Origin: a virus
Lineage: Duplodnaviria > Caudoviricetes
Direction: 5' to 3' (one strand)
Virus record (IMG/VR): IMGVR_UViG_3300027772_001865
Location: 1 to 64,000 of that record
DNA: 64,000 nucleotides
Both the position numbers and the translations under genes were made by a program. The notes beneath the pieces are model-generated. The model made no database searches. It was not told the origin of the DNA and saw only the letters and a list, made by a program, of their open reading frames with translations. Below, piece by piece: positions 1-8,758 of this stretch. The first letter of the stretch is position 1; each line of letters starts with the position of its first letter.

Positions 1-1
1 T

Positions 2-1996
2 ACCACTACTGGCACAACTACCCCTGTTGATACTTCAGCTACAGCACAAGATGCTGCCAAGCTTCTGGTTCAAACCCCTGCCTTGACAGATGATGAAGAT
101 CAAAATCTACAAAACATTGTGGGCGCACAAGGTGAAATTGTTCGAGCAGAAGACAATATTCAAAGCAACAATCGTCAAATTTCAGACAATGAACAAGCAC
201 AGGCTGCGGCACAAGAACAACAACGTCAAGCACAAGCAATTATTGATCAGAACAATCTTGAACTAGCCGATGACAACTTGCCAGACAGTCGTCGTGCTGA
301 ACTTGAGGCCAACAATGCCGCTCAACGTGCCAGCATTGCTGAGAACGCCGCAGTAATTGACGAAGCACAGACCAACATTGACAATGCTACTGCAAACAAT
401 GAACAGCAGACAGACTCTATACTAACTAACCAAGGTGTAATTGGGGAAAATTCAGAAGCGTTTACGGCCAATGGTAGTGAGCTAGGGGCTCCGGTGGTTG
501 CTGACAATGATCCACAAACTGCTGTGGATCAAAATTTTCTTGACGCCAATGCAGAAATTCAAGCAGAAACTACTCTAACTATATTGAGCGAAGAAGAAAC
601 CAACGCATTGTTTGACGGTGCTGAGCCTGGACTAGTTGACTCGTTTGTTGAAGTTGACGCCACAGCCACAGAATTAACTGAAGAACAAACTGAGGCATTG
701 TTTGAAGCTGGTGATCCTACAGTGGTAGATGAATTTGAAAATAGCAATATTGAACAAGATCTGCCAGTATTATCACCAGAAGAAGTTGACGAAGCAATTG
801 CCAATGCTGGTATTGATGTAGATGCCGAAATAGAAAGAGCCGCAGCCGAAGGTGTTGAAAACTTTGAGCCCGACGCTGTAGACGAATTTACCAACATAGA
901 TGAACAAGTTGCACTGGAAGCCGCCCTACAAGAACCATCAGTGTTGTCGCCAGCAGAAGTTGACGAAGCAATTGCCAATGCTGGTATTGATGTAGATGAT
1001 GAGATAGAAAGAGCTCGTGATGAAAGTGCTAATCAGTTTGAACCTACAGATGTTAACTCTGAAACTGATCCAGCACTGGCAGCAGATGACGGAACCACAC
1101 AAGGCATACAGGATCAGATAAACGATCAAGACGCCGCTGACACAGCAGCCGCCAGAGACAATGCCAAAAATCAAGCCACACTACAGGCACGATACAAACA
1201 GCCTGCCAGTTCAGACTGGCGTGTGCGACTACAACTTGCACCAGGTGCAAACTACCTGTACAAAGCCGGCAAAGATGGCGGTGAAGCAGGTATCTTAAAA
1301 CCATTGTACGATACTGACGGAGTTATATTCCCTTACACTCCGTCAATTGAAACATCGTACAATGCCAATTATGAAATGTATGATCTCACACACTCAAACT
1401 TCCGTGGATACTTCTACAAAAACAGTCGGGTGAATGACATCAACATTCGTGCCACATTCACAGCACAGGACACACAAGAGGCTGCATACTTGTTGGCAGT
1501 GATTCACTTCTTCCGTAGTGTAACCAAAATGTTCTACGGAGCCAAAGATGCCTATCGAGGTGCACCTCCTCCACTGACTTACTTGAGCGGTCTAGGTGCT
1601 TATCAATTTAACAATCATCCATGTGTGGTATCGCAGTTTAACTACAGCCTACCACCTGATGTTGACTATATAAGAGCAGATGCCCCCAACAACTATGGTA
1701 CCAATTTGTTGACACAACGTTCTCGTACAGGTGCAATTGCTCCTACCTTGGGATCTGCCAGCTTGACTCGACTGTTGGGTACACTGACCAAACCGCCAGT
1801 GGGTGCTACTGCTACACCACCAACACCAGGTATGATAAATCAAAATGTCAATAACACTTCGCAGGCAACTTATGTGCCAACCAAGATTGAACTCAGTATT
1901 ACCCTGTTGCCAATCAACACACGCAGTCAAGTGAGCACACAGTTCAATATGAAAGAGTTTGCATCAGGTGCGTTGATCAAAGGAGGATTCTGGTAA
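2..1996 (+). CDS. Baseplate/tail-tube initiator-like protein (T4 gp48/gp54 or CIS-tube type) with a long acidic, repetitive N-terminal region; 5'-partial
   Basis: The frame is open from position 2 (TTTGTTTPVDTSA...), so the track's TTG start at 83 is probably not the true start. The C-terminal ~260 aa (DWRVRL...GVIFPYTPSI...THSN...INIRATFTAQ...IHFFRSVTKMFYG...GAPPP...PCVVSQFNYSLP.DVDYI) resemble tube-fold baseplate proteins. It is the first gene of a baseplate cluster and is TAATG-coupled to the next gene. Confidence 0.6.
   Translation, partial: TTTGTTTPVDTSATAQDAAKLLVQTPALTDDEDQNLQNIVGAQGEIVRAEDNIQSNNRQISDNEQAQAAAQEQQRQAQAIIDQNNLELADDNLPDSRRAELEANNAAQRASIAENAAVIDEAQTNIDNATANNEQQTDSILTNQGVIGENSEAFTANGSELGAPVVADNDPQTAVDQNFLDANAEIQAETTLTILSEEETNALFDGAEPGLVDSFVEVDATATELTEEQTEALFEAGDPTVVDEFENSNIEQDLPVLSPEEVDEAIANAGIDVDAEIERAAAEGVENFEPDAVDEFTNIDEQVALEAALQEPSVLSPAEVDEAIANAGIDVDDEIERARDESANQFEPTDVNSETDPALAADDGTTQGIQDQINDQDAADTAAARDNAKNQATLQARYKQPASSDWRVRLQLAPGANYLYKAGKDGGEAGILKPLYDTDGVIFPYTPSIETSYNANYEMYDLTHSNFRGYFYKNSRVNDINIRATFTAQDTQEAAYLLAVIHFFRSVTKMFYGAKDAYRGAPPPLTYLSGLGAYQFNNHPCVVSQFNYSLPPDVDYIRADAPNNYGTNLLTQRSRTGAIAPTLGSASLTRLLGTLTKPPVGATATPPTPGMINQNVNNTSQATYVPTKIELSITLLPINTRSQVSTQFNMKEFASGALIKGGFW
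781..998 (+). repeat. Perfect 44-nt direct repeat (781-824 and 955-998), 174 nt apart, encoding EVDEAIANAGIDVD(A/D)EIERA
   Basis: AGAAGTTGACGAAGCAATTGCCAATGCTGGTATTGATGTAGATG is read directly at both positions. Confidence 0.95.
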
Positions 1997-2295
1997 TGTC
2001 TAACTATGTATCAACAAGCCCATACTATCAAACTGGATACAGTCAGTTCTTCCTGGATGTCATGGTCAATCGACCCATCCCCAAGGAAACTGATGACTTG
2101 GAATTTATTATCAATCAAACATATCAGTATCGTCCTGACCTGTTGGCATTTGACCTGTATCAAGATGCTGCCTTGTGGTGGGTGTTTTATCAACGCAATC
2201 CCAACACACTCACAGCACCTCCCTTGGACTTTAAGTCAGGTGTGAAAATATTCTTACCAAAACTTAATACTCTTAAAACATCACTGGGGTTCTAA
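1996..2295 (+). CDS. Small baseplate wedge protein, gp53/LysM (tail X)-like
   Basis: 99 aa. The segment YQYRPDLLAFDLYQDAALWWVF...NP...P.DF..GVKIFLP is the typical LysM-like RPD/LWW signature. It sits between tube-like and hub genes. Confidence 0.7.
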   Translation: MSNYVSTSPYYQTGYSQFFLDVMVNRPIPKETDDLEFIINQTYQYRPDLLAFDLYQDAALWWVFYQRNPNTLTAPPLDFKSGVKIFLPKLNTLKTSLGF

Positions 2296-2298
2296 TCA

Positions 2299-5200
2299 AT
2301 GGCTACTGGAAAACAGTCAATACCTCCTGAAATACAGGCACTGGTCAATCGAGCAAGACAACTTTCTCGTAGTATTGAACAAACAGGTCCCGCCAACGCT
2401 GACTCAATCCCACAAGCATTGGCCATTATACAAGATGCAAGATCGCAACTGGCTGCTCTCAGCTCGTCGTCATTTGTGTCTCAAAGTTCTATTGATCAAG
2501 CGTTTGCATCGTTAGTTGAGTCAGAAGCAAGATTAGTTGCAACAGAGCAAGTGATTGCCAAGGCAGAACCAGCGTTACCAGAATCTGCTGGGCAAACAGT
2601 CAATGATGATGCTGTAAACACTCCCAACAAGCCGCCGCCATTGCAAGCAGGCCCTGATGGACGAGTAAGTGTACCACCAGCAACAACTACCCCAACCAAT
2701 GCCACACAACCAGATGTGGGAGCATCGAGTACAGGAACTGATCAACCCACCAAAACATTTGACAAAACACAGGCTACATACGACGGAGTATCGGGACAGA
2801 CAATGCCGTCACCACCAACAGATGCTGCGTCTGATCCCAATACCAATGTTGGCAATCAAGCACCTACCACTGCCGGGGTTGGTCAAGTTGATGATAATAT
2901 TCGGCCTACTCCCGAATCACAATCGGTCAAAGTCAACAACGGATTTAACGATCCACAACCTATTGTTCCGCAACCAAACATTCTAAGTAAGTTTGCCAGT
3001 TCAACATACAATGCTTCTGTGTATTTGATGACACCAACACAATATGAAACATTGATAAAAAGCAAACAGAAAAAAGTCAACGGTTATAATTTGCTGTTCC
3101 AAACAGGCGGAGCACCAACCAACGTTGGCGGGGCAAAAGGCGCACTAGGAACAGCAAACACAGCCACACAATCAGATTTAGAAGCTGAAGGCATTGGCCT
3201 GGCAGCAAATGTAGCCACTCCGGGTGCAAAAGATCCTGACGCTGGCCGCAATCCATTTTTTCCCGATGATTTTTACATTGACAGTATCACACTTGAAAAC
3301 ATGTTCCCGGGCAAACAAACCAGTGCCGCGCACATGGCAACCAATATAAAATTCACTGTGGTTGAACCTGGCGGCATCACCCTACTTGATCGATTATATC
3401 AGGCAGTACAAGACCAAGCACCCAAGAACAAAGCTGGGGCTGTGAACTACACAGCGGCACAATATCTCATGGTCATACGGTGGTATGGCTATGACGAAGC
3501 AGGAAATTTAATACGACCTGGTGCCAAAGGCAAAGATGGACTAAGTGATCCCAATGCCATTTGTGAAAAGTTTATTCCGTTTCTTATTAAAAAAATAAAT
3601 TGGGGAGTAAGCAACAAACTGGTAAGTTATGAGTTTGAAGGAGCACCAGTAGGTCAAAACGTTGCTGGAACAACTGCTCGTGGTACAGTACCGTTTGATA
3701 TTGAGCTGAGTGATTCAACTGTGGGAGGCCTACTAGGTGGTGCTGCCAAGTACGGCACTGGCGCTACAACTACTGCCTCCCCAGGTGCTAGTACAACAGC
3801 TACCACAGGCAGTGATGGGCGTACAACCAATGATCCCAGACGAACGGACAGCGCCACTGGGGGTTTGAATTCAGTTGATGGTACCGCATTGACTAGTCCA
3901 GCAAATGCCGCTGCCGCGCCCACACCAAAGAAAACCATCACTGCTGGACTCATGGGTGCCATGAATGAGTTGCAAGCCGAGCGTGTGGCCAGTGGTGTTT
4001 ATCAATATCCTGACAGATACGAACTGGTGTTTGCCAACGGTGCAGAAGCCATTAGAGATGCACTAATCACACTGCCGGGCAAAATAAAAAATCAAAGAGC
4101 CACTCCAATGGCACCAGCAGCGGCTGTTGATCCCACAAGCAAAGACACTGCCAGACAACGAACCGACAACACTGTGAGAAATTTTAATATCACTGCTGGT
4201 CAACAATTGTTGCAGGCCATTGATCTAACAATTCGCAACAGCAGTTATATCTATAAACAAGCGGCTGTACAGAATTCAGAAACTCCAGACCCGGAAAAGA
4301 TGGACAAAGAAGGGGTTGACGAAACATCATCTGAAAATAAAGTTCCAGCTAGGGCAACCCTAAATTGGTACGAAATTACCATGGAAGCAATTCCGGGACC
4401 ATACGATTATAACCGCAACGACTATTCTTATACCATTAGATATATTATTAGTCCTTACAGAGTACAAAACTTCAACAGTAAATTTTATCCTATACCTAAA
4501 TTTGCCGGAATACACAAACAGTACAGCTATTGGTTCACTGGCGAAAACACTGATGTATTGGATTATCAAGCCACATTCAATTACATGTACAACATGACCA
4601 TGACTGGCAGTGAGCCAGGAAACAATGCCCTGGCCGCTTTGAGAAAAAAATATACCAGTAGCATGAGAGAGTTAACAAAATACACATGGCAGGCAGCCAG
4701 CGATCAAACACGATCAGGAGCAGAGTCAGATGCCAACGAGATTGGTGCAAATGCGGCAGAGTCATTGTACAATCCCAGTGACCTGGCCAAAGGCAAAGTT
4801 AAGATTGTGGGTGATCCTGGCTGGATCCAACAAGGCAGTATAGCTGGCGGAGTTGGAATTGGCAACTTTAATTACAGCGGCTTCTTGCCTGATGGCACTA
4901 TAAATTTTGATTCACAACAGGTGATGTTTTCAATTGAATGGCAACGACCACAAGACTACGACATAACCACTGGCTTGGCCAATCCTTACGGTCGTGAAGG
5001 CGGCGCTAGAAAACCACTCAACAGTTATGTGTACCAAGCAATTAAATGTGTATCTGAATTTCGACAAGGAAGATTTGAACAAACCATTGACGGAACGTTG
5101 TATGTGTATCCTGTTGAAAACTTAAAGAACGCAGTAACACAACCAAGTAATTCAGTTGCAAACGATGGATCCAATAGCAGATTAGAAGACACCGCATCAA

Positions 5201-5463
5201 CACCCAAAACTGGAGGTGCAAAACAAGCACCAGCACAAGTTGATAACACCGAAACAGCCAGTGCATCAATTACCAGCACCACACCCAATGATGACTCGTC
5301 TCCGGGTCCTCAACAAAACTCTTCAACCAGCAGTAACGGAGAAAATATTGGACTAAATCAGTTTCGAGCACCACCACCAATAGGAGTGAATCAGAATTTT
5401 ATTGATGCCAACGCAGAACTACAAACAGATTCAGACCCGCAAACTATAGTGAAAGACTACTAA
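2299..5463 (+). CDS. Baseplate hub protein (gp27/gpD-like) with low-complexity extensions
   Basis: 1054 aa. Conserved-looking blocks (FYIDSITLE...IKFTVVEPGG.TLLDRL; YSYWFTGENTDVLD; KVKIVGDP.WI; GVY-type ...YQAIKCVSEFRQGRFEQTI) and position directly upstream of the gp5-like gene. Confidence 0.55.
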   Translation: MATGKQSIPPEIQALVNRARQLSRSIEQTGPANADSIPQALAIIQDARSQLAALSSSSFVSQSSIDQAFASLVESEARLVATEQVIAKAEPALPESAGQTVNDDAVNTPNKPPPLQAGPDGRVSVPPATTTPTNATQPDVGASSTGTDQPTKTFDKTQATYDGVSGQTMPSPPTDAASDPNTNVGNQAPTTAGVGQVDDNIRPTPESQSVKVNNGFNDPQPIVPQPNILSKFASSTYNASVYLMTPTQYETLIKSKQKKVNGYNLLFQTGGAPTNVGGAKGALGTANTATQSDLEAEGIGLAANVATPGAKDPDAGRNPFFPDDFYIDSITLENMFPGKQTSAAHMATNIKFTVVEPGGITLLDRLYQAVQDQAPKNKAGAVNYTAAQYLMVIRWYGYDEAGNLIRPGAKGKDGLSDPNAICEKFIPFLIKKINWGVSNKLVSYEFEGAPVGQNVAGTTARGTVPFDIELSDSTVGGLLGGAAKYGTGATTTASPGASTTATTGSDGRTTNDPRRTDSATGGLNSVDGTALTSPANAAAAPTPKKTITAGLMGAMNELQAERVASGVYQYPDRYELVFANGAEAIRDALITLPGKIKNQRATPMAPAAAVDPTSKDTARQRTDNTVRNFNITAGQQLLQAIDLTIRNSSYIYKQAAVQNSETPDPEKMDKEGVDETSSENKVPARATLNWYEITMEAIPGPYDYNRNDYSYTIRYIISPYRVQNFNSKFYPIPKFAGIHKQYSYWFTGENTDVLDYQATFNYMYNMTMTGSEPGNNALAALRKKYTSSMRELTKYTWQAASDQTRSGAESDANEIGANAAESLYNPSDLAKGKVKIVGDPGWIQQGSIAGGVGIGNFNYSGFLPDGTINFDSQQVMFSIEWQRPQDYDITTGLANPYGREGGARKPLNSYVYQAIKCVSEFRQGRFEQTIDGTLYVYPVENLKNAVTQPSNSVANDGSNSRLEDTASTPKTGGAKQAPAQVDNTETASASITSTTPNDDSSPGPQQNSSTSSNGENIGLNQFRAPPPIGVNQNFIDANAELQTDSDPQTIVKDY

Positions 5464-5472
5464 GGACCTACA

Positions 5473-6978
5473 ATGGCAGAAAATACGCAACGCAGTCGTG
5501 GACGTCCCGGGAATTACAAACTAGACCGTGGCGGATACCCATCAGAGAACGGACCGTTCCTGGGCATAGTAATGAACAACATTGACCCCACACGAGCAGG
5601 GCGATTACAAGTGTTCATTACCAACTTCAACGACGGCAACATGAATGATGATACCAAGTGGACCACGGTAGATTATCTGCCCAGCTTCTATGGTGCCACG
5701 CCCAAGTCGGGAACCAGTTCAGGAGCAGGCACATATCCTGGCAATAGAAACAGTTATGGCATGTGGTTCACGCCCCCTGATCTTGGAGTCACTGTGGTTT
5801 GTATATTCATCAACGGCGACAGAGATCAAGGTTTTTATATTGGAGTTGTGCCTGAACAAGGAATTAATCACATGATTCCAGCCATTGGATCTGCTCCAGC
5901 ACCAAACTTTGTTCCACAAAATGAAAATCAAACGGTGTACTTGGCAGATGCCACCCAAGCACCTGTTACAGAAATTAATGACACCAACATTGCAATAATT
6001 AACAATCCACGATTCTTTGAACAACAAAAACCAGTTCACAGTGTTGTGGCAGCCGCACTATTTCAACAAGGACTAATAAATGATCCTGAACGCGGACCTA
6101 TCGCCAGCAGTTGTCAACGTGAATCACCTAGTGCAGTGTTTGGAGTTAGTACTCCGGGTGTGGCAGTTTATCAAGGTGGCATCAAGCCTGGAGAAATTAG
6201 AGATCGTATTGACTCGGGCAAATTGAAACCACAAGATGTCAAGGTCATTGGCCGCATGGGCGGACATACTCTAGTGATGGACGATGGCAACATAGACGGC
6301 GACAACGCCTTGTTCCGTTTGCGAACAGCCAAAGGCCACCAGATCACCATGAGCGACTCAGGTGATTTCTTCTACATCACACATGCCAACGGACTCACAT
6401 GGCTGGAGTTTGGTAGTGAAGGCACAGTAGATGTGTTTGCCACAAACTCTGTAAATGTTCGCACTCGTGGCGACATTAATCTACACGCTGATCGCGATAT
6501 CAACATGTACGCAGGGCGCAATATCACGGCCAAGTCCAAAGAAAATATCACACTAGAAGCAGAAATATCATTTACTGCCACTGCCCAAGAAAATTTCACC
6601 TTGTACAGCAAAAGTTATATTGGAGTCAAGTCAGATGGATCACTAGCTTTGGACAGTTCAAACGGTTCTTGGAAAGGCGGCAGTACATTGACATTCTCCG
6701 CTGGCGGCATTGATTTGAACGGACCAAGCGCAGCCTCAGTGACTTCGCCAAAGCCTGTGGTTAAAACCGTGATGGATGACACAGAGTTTGATACCAGCAA
6801 AGGTTGGCAAACTCTAGAGGATGGACTAGAAAGTATTGTGAGCCGTGCTCCTACTCACGAGCCTTACAGTTATCACAATGAAGGTGTTGATGTTAAACTA
6901 AGTCTTGAACAAGGCAAACCACCACCACCTCCGGGAGCAGAACCTGTTCCTGAAGGCATAGAAATACAGGCAGAGTAA
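5473..6978 (+). CDS. Baseplate central spike, gp5/VgrG-like (N-terminal OB-fold plus beta-helix, no embedded lysozyme seen)
   Basis: GPFLGIVMNNIDPTRAGRLQVFI...YGMWFTPPDLGVTVVCIF.NGD matches the gp5 OB domain. GHTLVMDDG...RLRTAKGHQITMSD...YITHANG.TWLEF...G.VDVFA followed by short beta repeats matches the spike. SD-like AAGGA lies upstream. Confidence 0.8.
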   Translation: MAENTQRSRGRPGNYKLDRGGYPSENGPFLGIVMNNIDPTRAGRLQVFITNFNDGNMNDDTKWTTVDYLPSFYGATPKSGTSSGAGTYPGNRNSYGMWFTPPDLGVTVVCIFINGDRDQGFYIGVVPEQGINHMIPAIGSAPAPNFVPQNENQTVYLADATQAPVTEINDTNIAIINNPRFFEQQKPVHSVVAAALFQQGLINDPERGPIASSCQRESPSAVFGVSTPGVAVYQGGIKPGEIRDRIDSGKLKPQDVKVIGRMGGHTLVMDDGNIDGDNALFRLRTAKGHQITMSDSGDFFYITHANGLTWLEFGSEGTVDVFATNSVNVRTRGDINLHADRDINMYAGRNITAKSKENITLEAEISFTATAQENFTLYSKSYIGVKSDGSLALDSSNGSWKGGSTLTFSAGGIDLNGPSAASVTSPKPVVKTVMDDTEFDTSKGWQTLEDGLESIVSRAPTHEPYSYHNEGVDVKLSLEQGKPPPPPGAEPVPEGIEIQAE

Positions 6979-6979
6979 C

Positions 6980-8320
6980 ATGGGAACATTTACATTTAAC
7001 ATTGATCAAGTACCGGGTGCGCCAGTAGACGCTGACAGTGCAAAAACATTTAAAATCACAGGTCCCAATACACTGACACAGGCACAGGCACAGGCCATAT
7101 TTGAAAAACAAGTCAAGACAGGCGGTCTAACAGGATTCAAAGCTGGTGATGTACTGAATGCGGCCACGCAAGTAGCTGATGGATTAAAATCAGCACAATC
7201 TCAGTTGACCTCAGGCATAAGCAGTATAGGAGCGTCAGTTGCCAAAGCAACCAATGGCATTACTTCTGCAATTGCCAAGACTGGAGTTTCTAACGGAATT
7301 AATCCAGGAAACTTTGTCAAAGCGTTGCCGGCACTTGGAAGCATTGGAAACTTAGATACTTCACAGGTTACTGGAACACTGGCACAGGCAAGCAAGCTGG
7401 TGGCACAACCATCGTCGATTGTGAGCAATTTTGGTGGTGCTGGCAATTTTGGACTTGATGTTGGTCAGTTGGAAAAGGCCGGATATGTCAAACCAGGCAT
7501 AGCAGCCAAATACATTTCCGCAGGACAAAATTCCATAACCAGTGTGTTGAACAGCCCGTCAGTATGGACTGGCAAAGACGGAGTCAATCAGGTGCAAAAT
7601 ATGTTGACCAATCCGGCAGCACAAACCAAAGTACAACAGACTCTTATGACCACCGGGTTAGCTCAAGTAAAATCGCTAGGTCTGCCTGTAGATCAATTGG
7701 CAGCAACAGTGATTGGCGGAGTTGCATTAAATGCTGCCAAGGATGTTACTGCAACACTGGCCTGGGCCAAAGGGCAAACAGCAGACTTGAGCCCAGACCT
7801 TGTTGCAAAGTTCAATCAAACAGCCAAGGACGCATCGTTTGCTGTAAACTTGGTTGATGAAAAAATAGCCAACGAGTCATTGAATATCAAGCAAGTTACA
7901 GGATCAATTGGAACAATTAACAAAACAACTCTCAATGCCGCTGTTGGTAGAGTGATTGGCAATGATAAGATCCCCAGCTTGAACTTCAGCAAAGGAACTC
8001 CAAACCCTGCGGCCGAGCAAGAATTAAAAGAAATTGGCAAGCAACTCAGCACTATTGGAAACAAGGACCTGGCAATTATTTCTGAACCACTGACATCCAG
8101 CAACGTTGATGCCAGGGAAGCAAGAATAACAGCACTCAAAGCTGAAGTAACACCACTCATTGGCAAGCTAGATGCGTTGGCAACATCTGTGGCAGCCAGC
8201 AACAAAACGTTGGCTACAAAAGCACGATTGGCACTTGGAAACGCTGAGGCCTTGATTGAATTATTAGATAACGATCTCGAAAACATTCGCCGATTCAGAG
8301 CCGCACTACAAAGCATATAA
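6980..8320 (+). CDS. Baseplate-associated protein with a possible (degenerate) lysozyme-like domain
   Basis: 446 aa between gp5 and gp25. GAGNFGLDVGQLEKAGYVKPG...SPSVWTGKDGV resembles the G-x-Y-Q-F...L...GY...NP..WTGKDG segment of lysozyme-like phage proteins. The C-terminus looks coiled-coil. Confidence 0.4.
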   Translation: MGTFTFNIDQVPGAPVDADSAKTFKITGPNTLTQAQAQAIFEKQVKTGGLTGFKAGDVLNAATQVADGLKSAQSQLTSGISSIGASVAKATNGITSAIAKTGVSNGINPGNFVKALPALGSIGNLDTSQVTGTLAQASKLVAQPSSIVSNFGGAGNFGLDVGQLEKAGYVKPGIAAKYISAGQNSITSVLNSPSVWTGKDGVNQVQNMLTNPAAQTKVQQTLMTTGLAQVKSLGLPVDQLAATVIGGVALNAAKDVTATLAWAKGQTADLSPDLVAKFNQTAKDASFAVNLVDEKIANESLNIKQVTGSIGTINKTTLNAAVGRVIGNDKIPSLNFSKGTPNPAAEQELKEIGKQLSTIGNKDLAIISEPLTSSNVDAREARITALKAEVTPLIGKLDALATSVAASNKTLATKARLALGNAEALIELLDNDLENIRRFRAALQSI

Positions 8321-8323
8321 ATA
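8316..8323 (+). promoter_or_regulatory. T4-type late promoter TATAAATA
   Basis: Exact consensus overlapping the upstream stop codon, 5 nt before the gp25 ATG. Confidence 0.7.
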
Positions 8324-8328
8324 TTATC

Positions 8329-8703
8329 ATGACTACATTCATTGGGTTCAACACCATTAATCAATACAAAAAGTTTACATTGACAGACTTTGATTTGATC
8401 AAACGAGACCTGCTGAATGCGTTCAATATCCGCCAAGGGCAATTGCCCGGCCGCCCGGCATATGGCACAATAATTTGGGATTTTTTGTTTGAACCACAGA
8501 CGTCCCAAACTCAAAACGGAATAGAAGCAGAAATACAGCGTGTGGCAGGCGGCGATCCACGCATTTTTATCAGTGACGTTCAAACATACCCACAAGAAAA
8601 TGGCATCTTGATTGAGATACAACTCACTGTGGTACCAACACAAAATGCAGAAATACTCAGCATTTTCTTTGACCAGCAACAACGAGTAGCCTCCTACGTA
8701 TAA
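8329..8703 (+). CDS. Baseplate wedge subunit gp25-like
   Basis: 124 aa. LTDFDLIKRDLLNAFNIRQG..PGRPAYGTIIWDFLFEP...DPRI matches the GPW/gp25 pattern. Confidence 0.85.
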   Translation: MTTFIGFNTINQYKKFTLTDFDLIKRDLLNAFNIRQGQLPGRPAYGTIIWDFLFEPQTSQTQNGIEAEIQRVAGGDPRIFISDVQTYPQENGILIEIQLTVVPTQNAEILSIFFDQQQRVASYV

Positions 8704-8722
8704 CTACGCCGTTTTTAGTAAC

Positions 8723-8730
8723 CATAAATA
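8723..8730 (+). promoter_or_regulatory. Late promoter variant CATAAATA
   Basis: 7/8 match in the short intergenic gap before the gp6-like gene. Confidence 0.5.
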
Positions 8731-8758
8731 CTTTCAGTGACACAAAGGTTACAGAACA

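Noticed and set aside
7816-8682. 288-aa minus-strand ORF spanning the 6980 gene and gp25
   Set aside because: It lies antisense to two well-supported genes, has no recognisable motif or RBS, and is best explained as a codon-bias shadow.
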